Positions 9,006 to 19,300 of a DNA stretch of 64,000 nt are shown piece by piece. The notes beneath the pieces were generated by a model. The model worked only from the letters and a program-made list of their open reading frames with translations, ran no database searches and had not been told where the DNA came from. The stretch spans positions 6,246-70,245 of the forward strand of contig JACDHS010000007.1 of NCBI GenBank assembly GCA_013820875.1, read 5' to 3'. The stretch comes from Verrucomicrobiota bacterium. Its GTDB lineage: Bacteria > Verrucomicrobiota > Verrucomicrobiia > Limisphaerales > JACDHS01. The translations under genes and the position numbers were made by a program. Within the stretch, counting starts at the first letter, position 1; the number at the start of each line of letters is the position of its first letter.

Positions 9006-9740
9006 CTATTCCACCAACCCATGCTTCCGATTTTGCAGGACCGCCCATGAATAGATGGCAAAATCGGCCCAGTTATCGATGACCAGTTTCTGCAGGGTTT
9101 CCGCATCAAGCGCTGTAAAATTGTCAGCGTCAGTTTTGGGCGCGACGCGTTCCGCTTTTTGCAGCGTGATTTTCCGCGGGAGAAGTTGGTTAAGCCGTTC
9201 CACTTCCGCAGTGAACGATTCCTGCAATCCAACGAAAGCGTAATGTTCCAGGTTTTCCAGCGACTGCTTCAACGTTTGGATCGTTACATTTTGGCAGTCA
9301 TCGAAGTTGTGGCTATTAACGATGGAACGAGAGAAGTAAACGGCGAGATGATTCGGAAATGAGTGGCTCGGATCCTGCGCAATCTCCTTGAGTGAACGTT
9401 CCAGGAAAAGTGTGTGCAGGTTCTGCCGGGGCGTTCTTCGGACATGAAAATAGAACGAGACGAAGCGTGCAATCGGGTTCCGCACAAACGTCACGTAGAT
9501 TGTCGGCTGGGGAAAAAAGGTGTGGATGCCGTACCAGACTTGATGGCCATAAACCAAACGAATCTTTGCTTTGCGCTCTTCGGGCATCTGGCTCAATTCA
9601 TTACTCATTGTTTCCGAAGTATTATTGGGGCCATGAGCAAAATAAATTTCCTCGTCGCTGTAAACTTCGCGAAACGCCTTCAACAATGTAGATCCCGCCG
9701 TTTTAGGAATGTGATGAAAAATGACAACTGGCTCGCTCAT
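9006..9740 (-). CDS. Sulfotransferase family protein
   Basis: 244 aa. The N-terminal IFHHIPKTAGSTL is the PAPS 5'-phosphosulfate-binding loop of carbohydrate-type sulfotransferases. Confidence 0.75.
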   Translation of the reverse strand: MSEPVVIFHHIPKTAGSTLLKAFREVYSDEEIYFAHGPNNTSETMSNELSQMPEERKAKIRLVYGHQVWYGIHTFFPQPTIYVTFVRNPIARFVSFYFHVRRTPRQNLHTLFLERSLKEIAQDPSHSFPNHLAVYFSRSIVNSHNFDDCQNVTIQTLKQSLENLEHYAFVGLQESFTAEVERLNQLLPRKITLQKAERVAPKTDADNFTALDAETLQKLVIDNWADFAIYSWAVLQNRKHGLVE

Positions 9741-9843
9741 CTCGAAAAAAACATAACGGTCACCGCTGGGTTTCCAACCAAATTTCGCAGCTTGATTTTC
9801 CTTGCATGGAGTCGGCGACGTATGGTTTTGGTGTAGTCAACGA

Positions 9844-10656
9844 ATGAGTTCTCCAAAATATTTTTTGCTGTGCGGGGTAGGCCGCTCTGGAACCACCGTC
9901 CTTCGGAAAGCTCTGGGGCTTCATCCGGCTGTTTATTACAATGGAATGGAGAACAACATGGTTCAGGATGTGATCGGTTGTGCGCTCCGAAATTGCACCA
10001 TGCCATCGCGCAAAGAATCAATGGTCGTTTCCCAGGAGCAATACGACCGCACTTTCCTTCGTTTATTGAATGACCTTTTGTGGCCGGAAGAGGACAAGCG
10101 GGAAGCAAGGACGTTGATGTGCGCTATCAATCCTTCTTGTGACATTTCGGATTATCTCGTTCAGGTGTTTCAAAACTGCAAGTTGGTTTACCTGGTGCGC
10201 AACGGCATCGAGGTGGTTGCCTCGCGGCAGCGCTTCGCCTCTTTTTCAGAACGCTCTTTTGGCGAGCAATGCGATGTCTGGACCCGCTCTGAAGGCATGC
10301 TGAATTGGGGGCGCCAACATCCGGATATCTTCAGGGAATTCCGTTATGAATGGTTGGTGGACGAATCACAGATTTACGGCCGCTTTTCTGAACTATTCGA
10401 CTGGCTTGGATTGGAGCAGACCGATATTTGCGCGAAACACGTGCTCTCCAACCGGTATCATCCAACACTCGATCCCACGGACACTAAAGTGGTCGAGGCA
10501 GATTACGCGACCCAGGATGACGCCGTCCGAAAGAAGATGAGCGACGAGCGCATGGATCGATGGAAATCGTGGCGTCCTGAAGAAATGCAAATTTTCGAGC
10601 AAAAATGCGGCCCACTCATGAATGAACTGGGATATGCCTTGCCCTGGAAAACGTAG
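9844..10656 (+). CDS. Sulfotransferase family protein
   Basis: ATG at 9844 gives MSSPKYFLLCGVGRSGTTVLRKAL (P-loop-like PAPS-binding motif), and YLVRNGIEVVASR is a 3'-phosphate-binding region. The track ORF from 9802 only adds an unlikely 14-aa extension. Confidence 0.8.
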   Translation: MSSPKYFLLCGVGRSGTTVLRKALGLHPAVYYNGMENNMVQDVIGCALRNCTMPSRKESMVVSQEQYDRTFLRLLNDLLWPEEDKREARTLMCAINPSCDISDYLVQVFQNCKLVYLVRNGIEVVASRQRFASFSERSFGEQCDVWTRSEGMLNWGRQHPDIFREFRYEWLVDESQIYGRFSELFDWLGLEQTDICAKHVLSNRYHPTLDPTDTKVVEADYATQDDAVRKKMSDERMDRWKSWRPEEMQIFEQKCGPLMNELGYALPWKT

Positions 10657-10818
10657 AGCACGTAGTGGCAGGTTTTCCAACCTGCCAGTTCGAACGACTT
10701 TCCAGTTACGCCGCGCTCCGAATTTGTGCAATCTCACCCGTTTAAATCACACCCGCGGGAGAATGCAGGCTCTCGCAAGGCTTGCGAAGCAAATCGATAA
10801 CCGCTTAAGTTTCTTATT

Positions 10819-11766
10819 ATGTCGAGCAGTTCGCCAGCGGGCGCAATGGATCGCAGTCTAACTTTGTTCCACACACCGCAGCTCTCCTTTATAATTTTTG
10901 CGAGCCCTAAATCCGGCACCACCTGGATGCAGCGCCTTTTATCCGCTCACCCAGCGGTTCTGTGCGCTGAATCACGCCCGTTCGGTAATTATTTTCATCC
11001 CAATCCCCTTTCGAACCCGCATTTGTCGCTGCAAAAGTATGTGTCCATTCTCAGCACGCATTTTGCGCCCATGGAGAACGCGCTCAAACTGCCGGAAAAC
11101 AAGTTCGAGAACCGCGTACTGTTCAATTTCATTGACGCGCTTGGGGCCACTGCCCTGGCAGTCGCAAATAAAAAGGTTTACGGAGAGAAACTGACGCCTT
11201 TCCGCGGCACTGGACTGGAAGTGGTTGAAACTCTCAGCCTATACAATCCGAATGTGAAGTTTGTAAACCTCACGCGTGACGGTCGTGATGTGATGGTGTC
11301 CGGCGCAGCTCAATGGTTGAATCTGCGGGTGAAATCGGCCACGTCCGATTCAGAACGAATGAAGTGGACGGAAGCCCTGGCGCAGCGGTCCATTTATCAC
11401 GAAGATTTTGAAAACTTTATTTCATTGTGGACCGATGCGGTCGCTGCCGGATTACACGCGCAACAACTCTTCGAGAACTATCTGCCGCTGAAATACGAAA
11501 CTTTCCTCTCCGATCCCATTCAGGAAGCGCAAAAGTTGCTCGAGTTCCTGGAGGTCGAATCGAGCCCGGAGATCGTTCTATCCTGCGTGCAAGCGGCATC
11601 GTTTGAAAAGCTTTCGGGTGGTCGCACTCCGGGGGCTGAGGATCCGAACAGTTTTTTCCGTAAGGGCATTTCCGGCGATTGGAAAAACTGGTTTACTGAA
11701 AGTGAAACGCGGACTTTTATAGAACGAGCCGGTCATTTGCTGACACAATCAGGTTACAGTCTCTAA
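10819..11766 (+). CDS. Sulfotransferase domain protein (Sulfotransfer_1-like)
   Basis: 315 aa with FIIFASPKSGTTWMQRLL (5'-PSB), LTRDGRDVMVS (3'-PB) and C-terminal FFRKGISGDWKNWF, the classical cytosolic-type sulfotransferase motif set. Confidence 0.85.
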   Translation: MSSSSPAGAMDRSLTLFHTPQLSFIIFASPKSGTTWMQRLLSAHPAVLCAESRPFGNYFHPNPLSNPHLSLQKYVSILSTHFAPMENALKLPENKFENRVLFNFIDALGATALAVANKKVYGEKLTPFRGTGLEVVETLSLYNPNVKFVNLTRDGRDVMVSGAAQWLNLRVKSATSDSERMKWTEALAQRSIYHEDFENFISLWTDAVAAGLHAQQLFENYLPLKYETFLSDPIQEAQKLLEFLEVESSPEIVLSCVQAASFEKLSGGRTPGAEDPNSFFRKGISGDWKNWFTESETRTFIERAGHLLTQSGYSL

Positions 11767-11897
11767 TCTACACGCGGCCGTGTTTAACGACCTCCGGCAA
11801 GGTCTGCCAGTGAGTCGTCGGCAGTACGCTACTTCCCTCGCCCATTTGCAATCACCTTACTTTTCCGGCGAACACTTTTGCTTTAACTTCTCGCGAC

Positions 11898-12971
11898 ATG
11901 CGACGCACCATTTTTCATCTTGATATGGATGCGTTCTATGCTGCGATCGAACAGCGCGATAATCCCTCGCTTATCGGCAAACCCGTCATCGTCGGAAGCC
12001 CTCCGACTCAACGCGGTGTGGTTTGCGCCGCCAGTTATGAAGCCCGCAAGTTCGGCGTCCGTTCCGCCCTGCCGAGTGTGACCGCTGGACGCCTTTGTCC
12101 GAGCGGCGTTTTTATCTATCCGCGCATGAGTTATTACCGGGAAGAGTCGCGCCACATCATGGAGATCCTTTCCCGGAGTGGCGCCCGCCTGGAACCGATG
12201 TCCATTGACGAAGCTTACCTGGATGTGACGGAAGTGTTGCCGCCGGCAACATCCATGCTGGAAGAAAGTGCTGCAATCGCGCTGGCGCGGGAATTGAAGG
12301 CCCGGATACGGAAGGAGCGAGGTCTCACCGCGACCGTGGGTATCGCACCGAACAAACTTCTCGCCAAGCTCGCCAGCGATTTCCAAAAACCAGATGGCCT
12401 GACACTGATTCCGGAGCGGGACAAAGTTTTGTTTCTTCGGCCATTGCCGGTCCGGGTCATTCACGGCGTTGGCAAAGTGACGGAAGAAACGCTTATCGCC
12501 GCCGGGATCAAGACGATTGGAGACTTGCAGGATTTTGCGGGCGATCTCCGGCCATTTGTCGGCTCCTTCGCCGCTGTCCTCAAGAGATATGCTTTCGGAG
12601 AAGATGATCGTCCGCTGGAAACCAACTGGGAGACCAAAAGCATCAGCAGCGAAGAAACGTTCGACCAGGACACAGATGACCGGCGCATTTTGCGAGCGAC
12701 GTTGCGGCAACAATCTGAAGAGATTGCGACAGAGTTGCGCGATAAAAAACTGGGTGCGCACACCGTCCAGGTGAAAGTTCGTTACAGCGATTTCACAACA
12801 CTGACGCGACAGGTGACGGTCGAAGAGCCGAGTGCGGAAGCCAGTGAGATTTATCGGCTTGCCTGCTTTCTTCTTGCGCGGGACAGGTTGGTGAATCGTC
12901 CACTCCGATTGTTGGGGCTGGGCGTGAGCGGACTGACCGAGCCGGTGTGGCGGCAACTGACTTTTTTCTGA
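11898..12971 (+). CDS. dinB: DNA polymerase IV (Y-family)
   Basis: 357 aa. IFHLDMDAFYAAIEQRDNPSL.GKPVIVG and SIDEAYLDVT are the canonical DinB catalytic motifs. Confidence 0.95.
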   Translation: MRRTIFHLDMDAFYAAIEQRDNPSLIGKPVIVGSPPTQRGVVCAASYEARKFGVRSALPSVTAGRLCPSGVFIYPRMSYYREESRHIMEILSRSGARLEPMSIDEAYLDVTEVLPPATSMLEESAAIALARELKARIRKERGLTATVGIAPNKLLAKLASDFQKPDGLTLIPERDKVLFLRPLPVRVIHGVGKVTEETLIAAGIKTIGDLQDFAGDLRPFVGSFAAVLKRYAFGEDDRPLETNWETKSISSEETFDQDTDDRRILRATLRQQSEEIATELRDKKLGAHTVQVKVRYSDFTTLTRQVTVEEPSAEASEIYRLACFLLARDRLVNRPLRLLGLGVSGLTEPVWRQLTFF

Positions 12972-13019
12972 GCCGGGCGGAGGTGATGCCGACGGCACAT
13001 TGGGGGATTATGTCTCTCG

Positions 13020-14702
13020 TCACCCTTTGCGTTCAGCGCGGCTTTTTTCTTTCGTGCGGTGATCGCCAAACATGATGGAGATCACCAACCAAAATCCCAA
13101 TCCGGCGGCAGCCAGAAAGCAGATCATCGCAAACCCCGGATACCCCATCATCTGGAACTCTGTTTCCACCTGCATCAGCAACGCTGCCCCGACGATCAAC
13201 GATGCCAGTATCAAACCGGTGGTAATGCGATTGGCAACCTTCTGAAATCCATCAATCAGAAAATCGATTTGCGGCACTTTCACGCGCATCTCGAAATCTG
13301 AACTGCCAACGGTATCCAGGATCTTGTTCACGCGGTGGGGCAGTCCGCTGACAAAATCTTTAATCTCCAGCACGGATGAAAAGAGGCTTCGTGGAGTAAT
13401 TTCTTTCTGCAAACGCTCGTTCAGAATAGCGCTCACATGCCGGCGCACAGCCTCTTGGGGACTAAACTTTTCGTCGAGCGCGCGGCCGATCTCATCCAGT
13501 TGCAACAAGGCTTTGCCAAGCATTGTTAGTTCAACAGGAACGTACAGCCCGCTTTCCCCCGCAGCTTTTCCGATCTCCAACAATATCCGGCCGACATCGA
13601 TTTTTTCCAACGTCGTGTCCTGCTGATCCGCAACGATGGAGGCGATGGCGCGACGGAAACCGTCTTCCCGGAAAAACTCCGTCGTCTGGCTCATTTGAAT
13701 GGCAAGCTCCGCTGCGGTATCCCCCTTGCCGTCGGCGATTGCAATCAAGAGCTTGATCAGTTTCTCCTGCATCTCGGGAGAGATCCGTCCCACCATTCCG
13801 AGATCCAGCAACGCAATCTTCTTATCTTCAGTGAGGAAGACGTTTCCGGGATGCGGATCGGCGTGAAAGATACCGTCCACGAGCGTTTGTTTCAGATAGG
13901 CCCTGAACAATTCATCAGCGAGGGGGAAGCCCTGTAACTCCGTGCGCTCGAGCGGCGTTATGTCCGGGATCTTTTTCCCGGTGATATAATCCATTGTGAG
14001 CACGCCGCGAGAGCAATAGTCCATCACCGGCTGGGGAACAACGATGTTGGGGAATTCCGCGAGGTTCTTACCAATCGTCACCATGCTCGCGGCTTCGCGG
14101 CTGTAATCAAGTTCGCGGATGAGAGTCTTCTGGAATTCTTCGAAAATTTTACTGAACTGATAACGACGCGCGACCTTGAAATGTTCGTCCATGAAGGAGG
14201 TAATCTCTTCCAGCACTTCCAGGTCTTCTGCAATCTGTTTGCGAATGTCAGGACGCTGAACTTTCACCACGACCGGTTTCCCACTGCGCAATATCGCGCG
14301 ATGCACCTGGCCGAGAGAGGCGGCGGCAAGCGGTTCAGACTCAAACTCCTTGAACATTTTCGAGATGCGTCCGCCCAACTCGCTACTGATGATCTCTTCG
14401 ACTTCCGCGTAGGAAAATGGCTTCACCTTGTCCTGCAAACGGGACAACGCGTCCAGGTAGGGTTGTGGCAACAGATCTGCCCGGCTGGAAAGAATCTGCC
14501 CCAGTTTAATGAAGGTGGGCCCCATCCTCTCCAGTTCATTCGTCAGTTCCTCGGGCGCTTGCTTCTCGACCGATGGCAAATCCACGGCCAATTCTGCTCG
14601 CTTGTTGAACTGCCTGGCTAGATCGGGATTGGCATACTTCCCGAACAGCAGCGCGATTTCTTTGTAGCGTTTGAGATGAGATGGCTTCAGGGAAAGATTC
14701 AT
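13020..14702 (-). CDS. ABC1/UbiB-family atypical protein kinase
   Basis: 560 aa. It contains FIKLGQILSSRADLLP, AAASLGQVH, GIFHADPHPGNV and LLDLGMVG, with C-terminal TM helices. Confidence 0.9.
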   Translation of the reverse strand: MNLSLKPSHLKRYKEIALLFGKYANPDLARQFNKRAELAVDLPSVEKQAPEELTNELERMGPTFIKLGQILSSRADLLPQPYLDALSRLQDKVKPFSYAEVEEIISSELGGRISKMFKEFESEPLAAASLGQVHRAILRSGKPVVVKVQRPDIRKQIAEDLEVLEEITSFMDEHFKVARRYQFSKIFEEFQKTLIRELDYSREAASMVTIGKNLAEFPNIVVPQPVMDYCSRGVLTMDYITGKKIPDITPLERTELQGFPLADELFRAYLKQTLVDGIFHADPHPGNVFLTEDKKIALLDLGMVGRISPEMQEKLIKLLIAIADGKGDTAAELAIQMSQTTEFFREDGFRRAIASIVADQQDTTLEKIDVGRILLEIGKAAGESGLYVPVELTMLGKALLQLDEIGRALDEKFSPQEAVRRHVSAILNERLQKEITPRSLFSSVLEIKDFVSGLPHRVNKILDTVGSSDFEMRVKVPQIDFLIDGFQKVANRITTGLILASLIVGAALLMQVETEFQMMGYPGFAMICFLAAAGLGFWLVISIMFGDHRTKEKSRAERKG

Positions 14703-14858
14703 TGGTTTTCTTTCATCAACTTACCACCGTGCCCGTCGCGCCGCATACGGGGCCCAGACCTAACGCATATCGTGGCCTTGCCTGATGAGAGAAACGGGCA
14801 AGTCTGACGTTGAGTAGCAAATGGCTGGGACTAGGTTGCTGCAACAAAGGAGATTCAT

Positions 14859-15641
14859 ATGGAGGAAACACGCGCAAACTTTATGTCCGGGGCCGAAGCT
14901 GCCTGGGCCAGCACACTCTCGTTTTTGCCCAAACTCGGGATGTTCCTGATTATTCTGATCGTCGGCTATTTCGTCGCCAAATGGCTGGCTAAACTAACCA
15001 ATATGCTCTTGGAGAAAGTGCATTTCGACAGGGCCGTCGAGCGGGGCGGCATCAAACGGGTTTTGGAGAAAACCAAGTTTGATGCCAGCGACATCATGGC
15101 GAAAATCGTGTTCTACGCAGTTTTCCTCCTGGTCCTGCAATTCGCCTTTGGAGTGTTTGGACCCAATCCGGTCAGCGACCTTTTACAAAGAATTATTTTA
15201 TTTTTACCAACATTGTTTGTCGCGCTGCTGATTGTGGTAATTGCATCGGCGATTGCAAAGGCTGCAAAAGACATCCTTACAATAGCGTTGGGCAACCTGA
15301 GTTACGGTCCATTCCTGGCCAAACTAGCCGGAGTCGCCATCGTGACGATCGGTGTTTTTGCCGCCCTGAGTCACTTGGGGATCGCTCCAGCCATCGTCAA
15401 CGGTTTGTTCTATGCGTTGCTGGCGATCATCGCAGGATCCGCGATCATTGCCATCGGAGGAGGCGGTATCGCGCCCATGAGAGCGCAATGGGAAAAGGCA
15501 ATGCGCCGCATGGAAACCGAGGCTCCCCGCCTGAAAGGCGAAGCTCAAAAGGTCGGTGAAGTGGCCGGGCAAAAAGCGGAAACCTGGGTGAAATCGGGTG
15601 AAGAAAATGCTCCTCGTCCGATCTATACACCAAAACCATAG
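14859..15641 (+). CDS. Integral membrane protein with repeated 'conserved TM helix' segments
   Basis: 260 aa with several hydrophobic helices in a repeated pattern and a charged C-terminal tail. A strong AAGGAG lies 7 nt upstream of the ATG. Confidence 0.65.
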   Translation: MEETRANFMSGAEAAWASTLSFLPKLGMFLIILIVGYFVAKWLAKLTNMLLEKVHFDRAVERGGIKRVLEKTKFDASDIMAKIVFYAVFLLVLQFAFGVFGPNPVSDLLQRIILFLPTLFVALLIVVIASAIAKAAKDILTIALGNLSYGPFLAKLAGVAIVTIGVFAALSHLGIAPAIVNGLFYALLAIIAGSAIIAIGGGGIAPMRAQWEKAMRRMETEAPRLKGEAQKVGEVAGQKAETWVKSGEENAPRPIYTPKP

Positions 15642-15679
15642 CCCGGGAGAGTTTCAGGTTTGAAGTTCATTCAAAGTTC

Positions 15680-15715
15680 GGGCGCATCACGGTGTTGATG
15701 CGCCCGCTTTCGTTG
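15680..15715 (+). terminator. Putative rho-independent terminator
   Basis: GGGCGCATCA (15680-15689) pairs with TGATGCGCCC (15696-15705) across a 6-nt loop, followed by GCTTTCGTT. It lies 39 nt after the stop of the 14859-15641 gene. Confidence 0.5.
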
Positions 15716-15829
15716 GACGCCGGAGATAGGCGTCACACCACTCGCCGAATCTTAAGCCGTCAGAATTTCTCTCCTCTCACTCATTCTTCCCGATTGAATT
15801 TGGCCTGTTCTGCCCGTTAAGCTCGCGAG

Positions 15830-16918
15830 ATGGAATTGTTTCACAAGATCTTGAAAGCCGCCGTTGATGGGGGCGCATCCGACATTCATATCAAAGTGGG
15901 CACGCCGGTCATTTTCCGCATCAGCCGCCAATTGCTCAGCATCGAGGCGCCAATGCCCACCGAAGAATGGATGAACAATATCGCAGAAAATATTGTGCCC
16001 AAACATGTGAAGGTGAAGTTTCAGGAAGATCGCGAAATCGATTTCTCCTACTATGAGGAAGGAGTCGGTCGCTTTCGTACCAATATTTTCCAGCAACGCG
16101 GTTCCCTCTGCCTCGCCATGCGCCATGTGAAAACGCAGGTTCCGGACTTCGAGCAACTCGGGCTTCCGCACGTGTTGAAGAAGATCGCTGAGGCGCCGCG
16201 CGGAATCGTTCTCGTGGCAGGTTCCACCGGTTCGGGCAAATCCACCACGCTCGCCGCAATGATCGAACATGTGAATGCGAATTCCCGCAAACACATCGTT
16301 ACGATGGAAGATCCGATTGAATTTGTTTTTGAAGATAACCAATCGATCATTGAACAGCGCGAAGTCGGGTTGGACACAGTCTCCTTTCAGAGCGGGTTGA
16401 AGCATGTGTTGCGTCAGGATCCCGACCTGATCATGGTCGGTGAAATGCGTGATTCCGTCAGCTTTGCCGCTGCCATGAGCGCAGCGGACACGGGGCATTT
16501 GGTCTTGTCCACGCTCCACACCACCACAGCCGCGCTGTCTGTCATTCGTATTCTGGACTTCTTCAAAGCGGATGAGCGCGAGCAGGTGCGACGTCAATTG
16601 GCAGGCACGCTGCGTTCCGTCATCTGCCAGCGAATGGTGCCCACTTTGGACGGCAGCATGACGCCAGCGATTGAAATCATGATCAACACTTCAACGGTGC
16701 GCAAATTGATCGAAGAAAATCGTCTCGATAAATTGTCGGCTGCAATTGAAACCGGGCAGGACGACGGCATGCAGAATTTTAACCAGGCCCTGCTCAAGTT
16801 GGTGCAGGAAGGTCGCATCTCGAAGGAAGAAGCCCTACTGAAAGCGACCAACGCCCAGGCACTCGAAATGAATTTCCAAGGGATTTTCCTCACCGAAGGA
16901 AAACGTATTCTGGGTTAA
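15830..16918 (+). CDS. pilT: Type IV pilus retraction ATPase PilT/PilU family
   Basis: 362 aa with ASDIHI, Walker A GSTGSGKSTT, TMEDPIEF, MVGEMRD and STLHT motifs. Confidence 0.9.
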   Translation: MELFHKILKAAVDGGASDIHIKVGTPVIFRISRQLLSIEAPMPTEEWMNNIAENIVPKHVKVKFQEDREIDFSYYEEGVGRFRTNIFQQRGSLCLAMRHVKTQVPDFEQLGLPHVLKKIAEAPRGIVLVAGSTGSGKSTTLAAMIEHVNANSRKHIVTMEDPIEFVFEDNQSIIEQREVGLDTVSFQSGLKHVLRQDPDLIMVGEMRDSVSFAAAMSAADTGHLVLSTLHTTTAALSVIRILDFFKADEREQVRRQLAGTLRSVICQRMVPTLDGSMTPAIEIMINTSTVRKLIEENRLDKLSAAIETGQDDGMQNFNQALLKLVQEGRISKEEALLKATNAQALEMNFQGIFLTEGKRILG

Positions 16919-16942
16919 CCCGTCATTTGCACTCCCCCCGTA

Positions 16943-16975
16943 AAGCCGCGAAGCAATTCGCGGCTTTTCTTGTTT
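16943..16975. terminator. Bidirectional hairpin terminator between convergent genes
   Basis: AAGCCGCGAA (16943-16952) and TTCGCGGCTT (16957-16966) flank a 4-nt loop, followed by TTCTTGTTT. Confidence 0.6.
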
Positions 16976-17016
16976 ATCCGCCGTCTGGTCAGCCTCCCAT
17001 GTAACAATGCACCCAT

Positions 17017-17517
17017 TCAACCATGTAACGAAATCTCCTTCGTCCATTTCCTCGCCAGCCAGAGCGGAAAAACGCCAACGATACCAAATGCGCAATCAAT
17101 CAGTCTCCAGGGGATTGGAATTCCGCGAACCTCGCCAAAAATAAAGGCCCATGGAATGATCATGGCACAGGCAATCATTCCAAACTCGAACAGCCAGATA
17201 TTCCGCACCGGATCGCGAAGCGCGCCAATGAATGCCACCGCGATCACAATGTGACCGAATGCCAGCCAATCGAATCCGTAAGCAATGAACGGGTAGGCAG
17301 CGTTCGTGTCTTTCAATGCATCACGCACAATCAACAGCCACCTCGCCAAACCCGATTCCGCTTGTTCCGGTGTTAAATGAGCGATGCCGAAAATTTTCGT
17401 CAACAGTTCCATTTCCCACTCAAGCGGAATGGCAGTTATCCCGCTAATCACCAGGCCGAATATAAAAAACCACGTCAGCCATTTGACGCGTCTTCGCAAG
17501 ATCAGTTCACGGTTCAT
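17017..17517 (-). CDS. Hypothetical integral membrane protein
   Basis: 166 aa with about 4 predicted TM helices and no recognisable motif. Coding is supported only by ORF length, hydrophobic periodicity and its position between flanking genes. Confidence 0.55.
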   Translation of the reverse strand: MNRELILRRRVKWLTWFFIFGLVISGITAIPLEWEMELLTKIFGIAHLTPEQAESGLARWLLIVRDALKDTNAAYPFIAYGFDWLAFGHIVIAVAFIGALRDPVRNIWLFEFGMIACAMIIPWAFIFGEVRGIPIPWRLIDCAFGIVGVFPLWLARKWTKEISLHG

Positions 17518-17651
17518 AAGTAATTAAATGGCAGTGGGGAGAAGCCCCCTACGCGGTGCGGGGGCGGGGTGAGGGAGAGTCTCAGGGCTTTTATTGAACG
17601 TGAATTTCACCGAAAACAGAGACACCGTCTCGCCCTCGTTTAACTCCAGTT

Positions 17652-19175
17652 TTATGCCCCTGCCTCTTGAACCATTTGGCGCAAGCTGGTCTTCAGTATT
17701 TTGCCAGTCGCGTTGCGGGGCAGGGCCGGGAGTGCGGTTACCCGCTTGGGGATTTTGTAGTCGGCAAGTTTTTCGCGGAGAAACTGCAGGAGCGCTTTTT
17801 CGTCGAGAGTGGTTCCTTCGTTCATGGAAACGAACGCGATAGGCAGTTCCCCACGGCGCGCATCTGGCACGCCGATCACGGCGGCTTCTTTCACTCCGGG
17901 AAATTGATAGATGCGCTCTTCGATCTCGCGTGGGTAAACATTGATGCCGTTCACCAGCAACATGTCTTTCTTACGATCGGTGATGTAAAAATAACCTTCT
18001 TCATCCTGGTGCCCGACATCGCCGGTCAGCAACCAGCCGTCACGAATAGATTTCTCTGTTTCCTCAGGTTTATTCCAGTAACCCTGCATCACGTTACCGC
18101 CGCGCACGCAAATTTCTCCAGTCTCGCCTGCCCCCAAAAGAGCTCCGGCATCATCCTGGACAGTCACTTCCACTCCGGCAATCGGTTTGCCGATCGATCC
18201 CGGCTTCTGCTTCTCAAGCGGGTTAAAGGTGACCACCGGGCTGGCTTCGCTCAAGCCATAACCTTCAACGAGCGGAAAAGGAAATTTCGCCGTGAACTCC
18301 TTCAATATCTCCCCCGGCAACGGCGCACCGCCACTGATGCACAGCCGCAATGGTATTTGCGGTGGAACACTTGGGTGCATCAACGTTCGAAAAAATTGTG
18401 GCACGGCAGGAAGAATCGTCGCCTGCCGTTTCACCACTTCTTCAATAATGTTTTTCGGCGGGTGCAACGATTTGATCAGGACAATGGAACCACCCACGCA
18501 GAACGGCAGAAGTATCCCCACCGTCAGCATGAAGCTGTGGAACATCGGCAACACAACCACAAAACGATCATCGCCCACCGCTTTCAGCACCTGGCGGCAA
18601 CTGTTCACGTTGTGCAAAAGATTGCCATGCGTGAGCATCGCACCTTTCGGACGTCCGGTTGTGCCGGAGGTATAAATGATCACCGCCAGATCGCTCTCCG
18701 TGCGGGCACTGCCCGAAGCGGCTGGAACAGCGGGCGCATTGCTCATATCCACTCCGATCGGGTTTTCGGAACTGGAAGTGATCTCTTCGATTTTGAGAAA
18801 CACTGTGTCGGGTAGGAGGGCTTTTAATTTTTCACACGCTTCTGCCATGGATTCATCGGTGATCACCAGCTTGATCCCGGCATCGGAAAGAATATAAGCG
18901 ACCTCATCGGGTTTGAGGAAATTGTTGATTGGCGCAACAACCCCGTCTGCTTCCCAGACCCCGAACAAACTCGGAATGAATTGCGGACAATTCTTTAACC
19001 AAAGTCCAATGGTGGCGCCGGGCTTCACTCCTAATACCTTGAGACGTTCCCCCACCCAGGTGGTTTGAGCCCAGAGTTGGCCATAGCTGTATTGTTCGTC
19101 ACCCCAAAAAACAGCAGGCTTGTTTAAGTCATTGGTAGCCGCCCTTGCAAATGCTTCCGCCAGATTCATTTTCAA
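17652..19175 (-). CDS. Long-chain fatty acid-CoA ligase (AMP-dependent synthetase)
   Basis: 507 aa. It carries the AMP-binding signature IIYTSGTTGRPKGAMLTH, plus GEICVRG, TGD and the C-terminal GKILK. Confidence 0.9.
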   Translation of the reverse strand: MKMNLAEAFARAATNDLNKPAVFWGDEQYSYGQLWAQTTWVGERLKVLGVKPGATIGLWLKNCPQFIPSLFGVWEADGVVAPINNFLKPDEVAYILSDAGIKLVITDESMAEACEKLKALLPDTVFLKIEEITSSSENPIGVDMSNAPAVPAASGSARTESDLAVIIYTSGTTGRPKGAMLTHGNLLHNVNSCRQVLKAVGDDRFVVVLPMFHSFMLTVGILLPFCVGGSIVLIKSLHPPKNIIEEVVKRQATILPAVPQFFRTLMHPSVPPQIPLRLCISGGAPLPGEILKEFTAKFPFPLVEGYGLSEASPVVTFNPLEKQKPGSIGKPIAGVEVTVQDDAGALLGAGETGEICVRGGNVMQGYWNKPEETEKSIRDGWLLTGDVGHQDEEGYFYITDRKKDMLLVNGINVYPREIEERIYQFPGVKEAAVIGVPDARRGELPIAFVSMNEGTTLDEKALLQFLREKLADYKIPKRVTALPALPRNATGKILKTSLRQMVQEAGA

Positions 19176-19300
19176 AACATAGAAAGCAAATTGAATTTCT
19201 CAATGCTCGATTTCCATTAAATCATGAATTTCCACAAAAAAGGATCGAGCGGAATTCGACCGCGAAGAAGGTGAAAAAGCATCCTGCACTCGCCCATCGG

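Noticed and set aside
8635-9054. 139-aa ORF encoding RFTANIGLLQAVV(R/E)(R/G) 14-aa repeats
   Set aside because: The frame stays open only because the repeat unit is 42 bp. The ORF runs antisense into the 3' end of the sulfotransferase gene and starts at a non-ATG codon with no RBS. The other two arrays, with non-multiple-of-3 periods, clearly do not code.
15830-16918. Orphan pilT as a sign of a novel secretion or motility system
   Set aside because: No pilB/C/M-Q or secretin genes are adjacent. Isolated pilT/pilU paralogues are common, so nothing unusual is supported by this window alone.
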